Of a DNA stretch of 64,000 bases, positions 54,454 to 64,000 are shown one piece after another. Source of the DNA: Octopus sinensis (lineage: Eukaryota); contig NC_043002.1 of NCBI RefSeq assembly GCF_006345805.1, forward strand, positions 46,686,001 to 46,750,000. Direction: 5' to 3'. The notes under the pieces were generated by a model. That model was not told the origin of the DNA and made no database searches. It saw nothing but the letters and a program-made list of their open reading frames with translations. Made by a program: the position numbers and the translations under genes. The first letter of the stretch is position 1, and every line of letters starts with the position of its first letter.

Positions 54454-54712
54454 CAGGGCCGGTTTTAAGGCAATTAGATAGATTTGTTCAGCCTGGGCCC
54501 CGGGCCAAGAGAGAGCCCAGCGCACACTCTCGAGCGGAGGACGTTATGATGAATTTTTAGTATATCATTTTCGATAAAGGTGGAGTTTCAAGCCTTTGGC
54601 TGGGACTGGCGTACTACATAAAGTATAAAACATCAATTTTCAGCTTTTGTAGAATAGCGGGCCCTGCTGACAATTCTCTAATTGGGCACCGCACTTCCTA
54701 GTGTTGGTCCTG
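54454..54712. mobile_element. hAT-type MITE
   Basis: Termini cagggccggttttaagg / cctagtgttggtcctg; imperfect 8-bp TSD ctccaagc / ctcctacc. Confidence 0.55.
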
Positions 54713-55150
54713 CTCCTACCCAACATGTAACCCTAAAATTTATTACCTTAAACCTATCCGAATGCTGGCCAAAGATACAGAAGTTACAGTTCTAAAAGAA
54801 CATGGAGACAATCCGCTCACTCTCACAGCTTAATGATTACAGCTGAAAGTGAATATTTAGGGATGAAAAAATAAGAAAACGTATGCTTATAGTTTGACAA
54901 TGTCGACGCGTCTAATAACCAAAGTTTTTAAGTCTTGACAAAAAAAAATCATTTTCTCTTTTTCTCAGAGAACTTAGACCAAATTTAGGGAAAGCTCCGA
55001 GAAAAATTAACAGGGTTTATCTTCCATGAATGTGGGTAACAAGCAACTCCAAAGACCCTACAGTTGATGAAAGCATAATGCTCATTTCAGTTAAGAAACA
55101 CCGCTTGCTCTCATCAGTTTTAAGTATAACTTACTGATATAAAATTCTGT

Positions 55151-55520
55151 AGGAGTGTGGTAAGTAGCTTGCGTACCAACCGCATGGTTCCGGGTTCAGT
55201 CTCACTGCGTGGCACCTTGGGCAAGTGTCTTCTACTATAGCCTCGGGCCGACCAAAGCCTTGTGAGTGGATTTGGTAGACGGAAACTGAAAGAAGCCCGT
55301 CGTATATATGTATATGTTTGTGTGTTTGTGTTTGTCCCTCCAACATCGCTTGACAACCGATGCTGGTGTGTTTAGGTCCCCGTAACTTATCGGTTCGGCA
55401 AAAGAGACCGATAGGATAAGTACTAGGCTTATAAAGAATAAGTTCTGGGGTCGATTTGCTTGACTAAAGGCGGTGCTCCAGCACTCAAATGACTGAAACA
55501 AGTAAAAGAGTAAAAGAGTA
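55151..55520 (+). mobile_element. SINE family A, young near full-length copy
   Basis: Complete motif set with taaaagag tail repeats. Confidence 0.9.
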
Positions 55521-56707
55521 AATTTAACATATAGTTTCGTTGATTTTAAAATTCTCTTTATAATTCACTTTTGGAAATAATTGGTAATTTGAAGACGATC
55601 AAGAAAAGAATGGCCAATTAGATTATTCTTTCCTTGATCATTTTCAAATATTTGATCCATAGAAGCAGATTAATTACACCGCGGTAAAGTCATAGATTTA
55701 TTAGTATTTAAAAACCTGATTACAGTTATTAATATATAATAAAATAATATATAATAAAAACCATTGATAAAGTAATGTTTAAAGATCCTTAAAGCTCCTA
55801 GGATTATCACATTTCGTCGTTGACAACTAACCTGATGTGCATGCATATTGTGAATAAAATGACGTATAGCTTTAAACAGAGAATTAATTTAGATCCAAAA
55901 TACTATTAGATCCAAAATACCATATTAAAGCAGCTTCCCCTAATTTCTTTTACGCTAAGCAATATCAAATTTATTCAAATGTTCCATTAAAAAAAAACTA
56001 CCCAATCCAGGAGTGAACGCCATTCATGAGTATTCGGTGAGATTTACAAAATTAAAAGTGAAAATATAAACAATTATACAGTCCAAAAAAATGCTTTTAT
56101 TTATTTATTTATTTCAACGGAAAGAGATTTAATGCGATAATTGTTATTCAAGAAGGAATTACTTTACTATTTTTAGACCGAGAGGAAATGCTCCCGCAGA
56201 AATATGTATGACCATCCATTATAGAAAATGGTTTGCATATTTCTCCTTTAATGAAATGAAGAATATTTATGCGAATACTAAAGTTATGTTTTCATTTGTT
56301 CTTACGACAGACGAATGCGTAGAGCCTCGTAGTAGGGATTAACTGTGCAATGAAAAAAAGGTGAAAAGGGATGAGCAAATAAAATCGGCTAAATTTTCAG
56401 TTTAGTAAAATTTGTGAATTGGAGATCTTATAATGAAACATTCGATGTAAATCCAGTATTGGGGGGGAAATGCTTCTAAATAAGAATCTACAGGTGAAAT
56501 AGTATACATACGAGCAATGAGTTACGCGTGAGCTGTAGCACGTAGGCTGGTTAATGACAGCATTAGTAGGAAGAGTAGCCTCTCTTAGAACAAACGTCAC
56601 ATTTTGAAAGATATATCTTGGCGATCATATATTACGTATTGGTGGTGATGATTTGTAAATTCCATTGAGACGTTTGAAGACTGAACAAATTATATTCATA
56701 TATTGTA

Positions 56708-57988
56708 CGAGGGACGTTCAATAAGTAATGCTCCTGGCCCACTTGCAATTATTTGAAATTTTGCATGTGCAATTATTTATATCTCTATAGAATACGTGGC
56801 AAATTACAGCTCTGGACTAATTGCAGTTTCTGATTTACAGGTGTTTGAACTGAGTCAAGTATGAAATGGAGCCTGTTGAGTGTCGAGCAGTGATCCGGTT
56901 TTTGTATTTGAAAGGACGCACACCACGGAAGACTTATGATGAAATGAAAGTAACTTATGGTGATGATGCCCCATCATATGACCTTGTAAAACGCTGGCAT
57001 CGTGAATTTAAACATGGTCGGAACTCTGTGGAAACAGCTCCCAGATCTGGTCGCCCCCCTTCTGCCATTCATGAGGCATCTGTCCGTCAAGTTGAGGCTG
57101 CCATTTTGGAAGATCGACGCATAACTATTCGCCAAATAGCCCATGAGGTCAAGATTAGTACCGGGTCTGTGGAAATTATCATTCATGACCATTTGGATAT
57201 GCAAAAGGTGTCTGCAAGATGGATTCCCAGGTTGCTCACACCTTTCCAGAAGCAAGAACGCGTCGAGTACTCGAGGATGAATTTGGAGATGTGCCAAGAT
57301 GAGTCAAAATTTTTCAAAAGACTGATTACACAGGATGAAACCTGGGTCCATCACTATGATCCAGAGACCAAAGCCCAGTGAATGCAGTGGAAGCACCGTG
57401 ACTCACCTCCTCCAAAGAAGGCAAGGGTTCAGCCCTCCGCTGGCAAGGTCATGCTCACAGTCTTTTGGAACCAGGACGGAGTAGTGATGACAGCTTTCCT
57501 GGCAAAGGGTACCACAATTACAGGAACCTATTATGCTTCATTTTTGAGGAAATTAAGAGAAGCTATCAAAATCAAGAGGCGGGGCAAGATCAGCAAAGGC
57601 ATCCTCCTCCTGCTGGACAACGCTCCGGTCCACATCTCGCTTGTCGCCAGATCAGAAGCACAGGTGTGCGGCTATGAACTCCACCCCCATCCCCCCTACT
57701 CTCCTGACCTTGCACCCTCTGATTTTCACCTCTTCCCAGCCATGAAGTTGTTTTAGAAAGGAAAGCATTTCCCAGATGATGCAGCCTTGATTTCTGAAGT
57801 CACGTCGTGGTTGGAGGACCAAGCTGGGGTCTTCTACAAAAACGGTCTCCAGAGCTGCATCAAACGATGGGAGAAATGCGTAACTCTGGGTGTTTTCTAT
57901 GTAGACAAAGACTAATAACTGTGCCATGTTTCGTTGCTCTACTGCTATAGGAAGTGGGTCAGGGGCATTACTTATTGAACGCCCCTCG
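56708..57988 (+). mobile_element. Full-length mariner (irritans-like, D,D34D); copy 2
   Basis: TA TSDs at 56706-56707 and 57989-57990; TIRs cgaggg(a/g)cgttcaataagtaatgc; WIPRLL and YSPDLAPSD motifs. Confidence 0.97.
56866..57915 (+). pseudogene. Mariner transposase, 350 codons in one frame, interrupted by TGA (57379-57381) and TAG (57754-57756)
   Basis: ATG at 56866 to TAA at 57913-57915 is 1050 nt with no frameshift; catalytic ITQDETW, LDNAP and PSDF with 34 residues between the second and third Asp. Confidence 0.93.
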
Positions 57989-58412
57989 TATTTAGCGGGA
58001 GTCTGCCAAGATATATTCACGATAACTTATGACCTCAGTAAGCTAGCGAAACACATCAGGTATACAGTGACCCCCGTATTAAAAATGATAAGATGAAGCT
58101 ACAGATATCTATTTACAAGAAAGTAGACTGAGCTAGTAAGAGATAAATTACTTCGCTAAGAGTACAGGTATGCGCCAAACAACATTAAAGACTAACTGAA
58201 TATGAGGTATAAACTTTTAGGTTGTTAGGTACATACCCAGATGCAACTGTACAATATGAGATTGTTCTGTATTGATAAGAGATGTAAAAGCACACGAAGA
58301 CTTCAAAGTATGGCAGTAAATGTTGACTACACCAAATTGTATGGAGAATATGTATCTTATCAGCAGTTTCAAAAGTTATCTCTCTGTCTGTGTATGAGTG
58401 TGTATATATATT

Positions 58413-58772
58413 CCTTTATTCTTTTACTGGTTTCAGTCATTTGACTGCAGCCATACTGGAGACCACGTTAAAAAATTTTTAGTCGAAGAAATCGATCCCA
58501 GGACTTATTCTTTGTAAGCCTAGTACTTATTCTATCGGTCTCTTTTGCTGAACAGCTACGTTACGTTAACACACCAACATTGGTCGTCAAGCGGATGGGG
58601 GGGGGGGACAAACACACATAAATAAACACACACATATAGGGCAGGCTTCTTTCAGTTTCCATCTATCAAATCCAAGATTTTAGTCGGCCCAAGGCTATAG
58701 TAGGAGACACTTGCCCAGGACTGAACCCGGAACCACGTGGTTGGGAAGCAAGCTTCTTACCACATAGCCACG

Positions 58773-58773
<1 letters not shown>
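58413..58773 (-). mobile_element. SINE family A with internal deletions
   Basis: Tail and head motifs present. Confidence 0.8.
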
Positions 58774-58830
<57 letters not shown>

Positions 58831-58939
58831 AATATATATATATAATATAATATATATAATAATAATAATAATTATTATAAATAATATATATACATATATG
58901 CATATATACATACGTATATGTACATACATATATCTATAC

Positions 58940-58981
<42 letters not shown>

Positions 58982-59659
58982 GCATATGTGGGCACAGGGC
59001 GTCATAAAACGTGTACACAAAAAAGTACGAAGCACGACTACATGGAACATGAACAATTCTTTCGAACAACGAAAGACACAAATGGAAAACAAAGCAAGCA
59101 TAAAGAACAACCCTTCATCAGTTGTTGGCTGTTTTTCTAGTCTTGTATTTCGAGCATTTAACAACAATATTCTCTTTCGATAAAACAGTGGCTCCCGCAA
59201 AGCAAATTAAATAAAATTTGGGATTTTTGCGGAGGTTCAAAATAGGTAGCACAAACAGGACAGTGAAAACAAACAGGAAGGGCTGCTAAGCCTAAACGAG
59301 GTTGTGGTGGCGAACGTGTAAATCAAGCTAGGACAGGAGACAAACAAGAACACGTCTTCCTTGTTCCAGCTACAACAGAGAGAAAGGAAGAAAGACAGCC
59401 GATGGTCACGTGGGAGCCACGTGAGCAAGGGAAGAGGAGCGAGGGAAAGAGAGAATGACAGAGTAATAGAATAGAATAGCAGAAGAGGAGGTAAAGGAAT
59501 AACAGAGAGAAAAACAACAAAAGAGTAAAAAGATCGTATAGAGTGCGCATCAGAATTAAGATAAAACTTAGTTGGAAGAGGATGCGTGGCGTTTAATCAT
59601 ATAATAATATATATATATTCATATATACATACATATATGTACATATTTACATCTATACG

Positions 59660-59691
<32 letters not shown>

Positions 59692-60084
59692 TATGTGGGC
59701 ACAGGACGTCATGAAACATGTACAACAAAAAAGTACGAAACATATATATATTTCAAACATTTCACAGAAACAAAAAAAAAAACGGAAAATTTGTTGCTAA
59801 TTCCTCATCAGTCAACGCCCAAAAGATCCTTACATTTTCGCGCTTTTATAAACACACACACAAACTCATATATATAAACATATACTTAGGTGCAGGCATG
59901 AGTGTGTGTGGTGATTAAGAAGTTCACTTTGCAACCATGTGCTTTCGGGTTCAGTTCCACAGCGTGGCACCTTGGGCACTTGTTTTTATGGAAGACCAGC
60001 AGTCGCCTATGCATACCAGTCTCTGCTCTCTTCACACCACCAAAGGAAAGGCAAAAGCGGTTACAGCTTAGCACCAGTGATATC

Positions 60085-60230
60085 GCCACTCATTTCTACA
60101 ACTGAGTGAACTAGAGCAACATGAAATAAAGTGTATTGCTCAAGAACACAACACACAGCCTGGTCTAAAAATCGAACTCACTACCTCATGTTTGTGAGCT
60201 CGACACTCTAACCACTAATCCACGTCTCTT
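60085..60230 (-). mobile_element. SINE family B fragment (abuts a family A head at 59888-59990)
   Basis: cactcatttctacaactgagtgaactagagcaacatgaaataaagtgtattgctcaagaacacaac. Confidence 0.7.
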
Positions 60231-61169
60231 CTGCTGTTGCTTAGTCCCATCTCTACTCTGATCGACCATACTCAGGATAATAAAATTTTTAGCTATGGCC
60301 ATTTCGGAGTAGAGGTTTCCTCGGTCTATATGAGGCATAAACCGCCTTTTTCGAGAAGCGGGCCGTATGAGACGTGGCTTATCATCAAGCGGGCCACACT
60401 ACTCAAGAAAAAATACAAAATGAAGATAGGTTTTGTTAGGTATGCCATTCAGAATGTCCTGCGAGCCGATTGTTGCCAACGACTGCTCTATATTATCTAA
60501 TGTTCTCCAGTTTTGTTTCTATGTGCTGACATGTGAACTGAATATTGGGCTACTACTTTCTAGCTGATCGAGCGACCACATAAAGGCTTTGCCATCGGTA
60601 ATAAAATGGAGATATGTGCTGAGACAGATGAAATAGACACTCTGAAAGGCAATCATCAGATTCCGTGTGAGATTTTAAAAAAAACATAAAGGTAGGGGAA
60701 GGACCGAACATTATATCTCAATTTTTTTCCGTTTGTCGTTGTTTAGCTTCAGTTCAGCACAAGATGATCAAGCCTATAATTACAGACGTTCCATCCATGG
60801 CGCTACCATCCTTTTATACAGAAGGGTCTTCATTGCCTAGCCCTTTATTTAGGACGGATAGGGTACAGTTTGTCGAAAATTTAGCAACAGACCAAACCGA
60901 GCAGCCGCATCCAAAACTCTTTCCCTGGTCGAGTAGAAGAAAAAAATACGAGCAAAAACACAAACTCTCTTCTATTTTTTATTGATTTATTTTTATTGAT
61001 TAACCCCAGCTCTGTCCTGGTCAATCAACTCTATGATCAAAAATGCTCCAGCCGTCACTATATCATTGCTTTTATTCCAGATATTTTATATCTAGGCCAT
61101 AATATCTGCTACTCGCAAGCGAATATGATCTGGTAGCTTATACCCACGCTTTCGCTGTTTGTTTTGTGA

Positions 61170-61345
61170 AGGTGCGTAGTGTAGTGGTTGGTGTGCGGAT
61201 CGCAAACATAAGGTCGTGTGTTCGATTCCTGGTCCGGGTGACGCGTTGTGTCCTTCGTTTCACGTTGCACCAGTGTTCTCAGCAATAAATGAGTACTGGT
61301 CGGGTAGTAATGCAACCCTCTTTCCGTCCAGCTATCATATCGTAA
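61170..61345 (+). mobile_element. SINE family B, degenerate
   Basis: ggtgcgtagtgtagtggttgg..gttcgattcctggtccgggtgacgcgttgtgtcc. Confidence 0.7.
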
Positions 61346-61498
61346 GTGAAACTGTTTTATTTTTGATCCAGATACCAATGTCCTCGAGAGGAGCTCTCTT
61401 GAGGACGACTTCGTAAGGCAAAAAAAAAAAGGAAAGAACAAAAACAAAAAAAGAAAACTGAAAAAAGAAAAGAAAAGCAACTACACTGGAAGAACTAT

Positions 61499-61862
61499 TT
61501 AACCCTTTGTCTTTGTTTTAAGTTTGTCTTAAAAGTCCATGCCTGTTTTCAGACTTTTAGATAGTCCTTGTTTGATGCGTTCTGGGTTAATATGTAGCTT
61601 TCATTTCATAAGTCCAAAGTTTCTTTGATGGTTGAAAAAATTTGGAAATGTGTATCAATATATGATGCATGGAAGGCGGCGGGCTAGCAGAATTTGCCTT
61701 TCATCTTTTTGGGATCGGTGAAATAAGAACTAGTTGAACGTAACTCGATTTAATCCCTTCCCCGAAGTTGCTGGCCTAGTGCCAAAATCTGAAGCCAATA
61801 TATGATGCATGGACGCCAGGGAAATATGTCCTGTGTATAACAGGTAAAGCGCAAAGGGTTAA
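61499..61862. mobile_element. Possible piggyBac-type MITE carrying a nested SINE
   Basis: TTAA|CCCTTTG at 61499 and CAAAGGG|TTAA at 61852-61862; only 7 bp of exact TIR match. Confidence 0.4.
61674..61795 (+). mobile_element. Internally deleted SINE family C with 18-bp TSD
   Basis: caatatatgatgcatgga at 61656-61673 and 61796-61813 flanks aggcggcgggctagcagaat|ttgcctttcatc..gctggcctagtgccaaaatc. Confidence 0.8.
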
Positions 61863-64000
61863 TAACACGCAAAGCTGTTAAATTTACTTTTAAATTTGAA
61901 ATTAAAATTTATGTAAATGAGCGTTAAAATTTTCGTCACACAGCTGCGGCCTGGTTTCCGCGGCTTCAAGGTCTTCTAGACTCTTTTAAAATTCTGTTTT
62001 GATCCTAAGTGGTTTTACACAAAATTAAAGAAAGATTTTAAAAGTTTAAGAATCATCATCACCACCACCATTATCATCATCATCATCATCAGTATCATTT
62101 ATTTATTTGCTAGAAATGCGGTAGAAGCAAATCTATACCTTAATAGACGTAACAGTGTTAATAAATTTACTGCTGGTAAGGTAATCGGTAAACAGAAAAT
62201 TTAGTCAGCTTGCATCGTGTACACATGCTAACAATTTATACATTATTACACCAGCTACTCTCAAACCTTTCTTTTTTTTCCTTCTGGCGAATCTCTTCCT
62301 TATAATCAACAGTGTTGGCATGTTCCATGTGAAGAATATAATGCAAAAAAATAGTTGGATACCATAGAACATACAATAAACAAGTATTATTTGTTATTAA
62401 TTTGATTAAATTTAAACATTGTAAATCCTGTCAATTTCTTTATTAACCACGAGGTTGAGAAAAAGAGGGGACGATACGAGGACAGACAAAACAAACATTG
62501 GGGTCAGGGTATCGAATGAGACGAAACGTATGAATAAACAAACAATTAAAATATATACAATTAAATGAGAATGAGTGATTTACAAAAAATGAAGCGGAGG
62601 ACGCGGTCGACCCCACAAACCACATACGTCGTCAAATGAACTTTTCTTCCAGAGTCGATAGTAACCTGTGAAGTACGGTACCTCCCACCCCTTCTGCATA
62701 GGTTTCTGGCCGTGTGCTTGTGTACGAAATCACTTTAATTCAATGTCATGTCACCTTTTAAACAAAGTGGATTAGTTTGGCTCTCTCTAAAATGTAACTC
62801 AATTCACGGCAGTTTCAGAGAGGCGCGCGCGTATACACACACACACATCATTCGCAATTGACAGTCAGTTTTGCTCGAAATTTGTTTTCTGTTATAAACA
62901 TTGCCGAAAACCATTGTTCACACAACCAAGTATATGTGTGGGAAGAGCAAAAAGTACTCCACCCATTTTCTAGACAAACAAACGGCTTGCGTTTAATTAG
63001 TTGCGAATACTTGGAAATTTCAATGTTTTTACAGACCTTGAATATCCCAAAAATTTCTTATGCATACCCCTGGGAGGACGCATATCACCTGGGGGTACGC
63101 TTACTACAGTTTGAGAAGCCAGAATTACGTATTCCGCCGAAAAATACCTTCACTAAAGTGTAATCACGAGCTCCTGTGAAGCTGACTTTGCGATGCAGTG
63201 TCAATTCCCAGTTGAGCCAAATAGGGAAACCCCTACGTAGCCACTCGAGATTCTCTATGAAGCAGACGAAATTCCCTCTATCGTTAAAAAAAAAACAATA
63301 AATAAAAAAAAGAGGAACGCAAAGGGTAAGATAGTCTTAGGGACACAATGGTAATAAAAAAGGGGGGGAATGGTCACGGTTGGAATGATTTTGATTACAG
63401 GCTTGACTGATGAAGATGGCGTGGGATTTAAACATCAACAATTATAATATTCCACTTAAATTCTCGTACTTTGAGTTAGCTGGTATGCATATTTACATTC
63501 ATGCTTACACGCTTACATACTTACATTCACACACTCATGCATGCAAACACACACATACATACATTTATACATACATTTACACATACATACATACATACAT
63601 GCATACATGCATGCATGCTTATATGCCTGAGCTGTGTATAAACGCGAGAAAGGTACTGAATGCAGTTTCTTGCTACGTGCGATCCTTCAGACAAAAACAC
63701 TAAATAGCAACGAACGTATTCCTCAAATTTAAATGTACGTGTGTGTGTGTGACTATACACTAGCCTACATTTAATACGAACTAGGAAATGCAGTATTGTA
63801 AGGTGTCGTTTTTTCAAATGTATTTAGTAGCATAAATATAATGAACTTGTATTTCGCGAGAAGCGAAACTGACCAATATTTTTTAAGTGCCTGAATCACC
63901 ACCACCTCTTATTCTACAATATTCGACATCATAAATGCAAAATTCAAAAAACTTTTGAAGAGGGAATATCTACACAAAACTTGGAAGAGAGAAAACAGAA

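Noticed and set aside
57379-57381. Selenocysteine readthrough of the mariner TGA
   Set aside because: No SECIS-like structure was seen downstream, and the homologous residue in mariners is usually Ser.
59060-59130. CTGATGAAGGG..CGAAAG on the minus strand
   Set aside because: No stem II closes between the boxes and no stem III forms.
59407-59423. Paired CACGTG E-boxes
   Set aside because: Inside a probable repeat unit, with no independent support for regulatory function.
63040-63260. Complex, ORF-like sequence near the window end
   Set aside because: Short open frames on both strands but no recognisable protein motif or clear splice-site pair.

Overview
This is AT-rich, microsatellite-saturated animal DNA with no recognisable host protein-coding exon, rRNA gene, bona fide tRNA gene or CRISPR array. 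The SINE families and microsatellite load look like an Octopus (coleoid cephalopod) genome; this is inferred from recalled repeat sequences, not from a search. The window is probably intergenic or part of a large intron, and almost all ORF-track entries are microsatellite artefacts. Supported content: three mariner elements (two closely related full-length copies in opposite orientation), a Chapaev-like relic, three hAT-type MITEs, a canonical non-autonomous Helitron, RTE, R4/Dong and L1/Tx1 LINE fragments, a decayed Penelope-like element, and many copies of three SINE families. The most interesting signal is a set of hammerhead ribozyme motifs of the Penelope-associated type (short palindromic stem III). 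They occur as two unrelated head-to-head fold-back dimers. At 26.1-26.5 kb there is a 394-bp palindrome with one hammerhead per strand. At 37.85-38.52 kb there is a unit made of a tRNA-like Pol III head, an (AAT)n(AAC)n tract and a hammerhead tail, duplicated in inverted form inside a single 11-bp target-site duplication. Other notable patterns are R4-clade LINEs stacked in (TAA)n and (TACA)n arrays, SINE multimers that share one junction, and a mariner ORF broken only by two stop codons. All alignments and folds were done by eye, and most repeat boundaries are approximate (about 10-20 bp).
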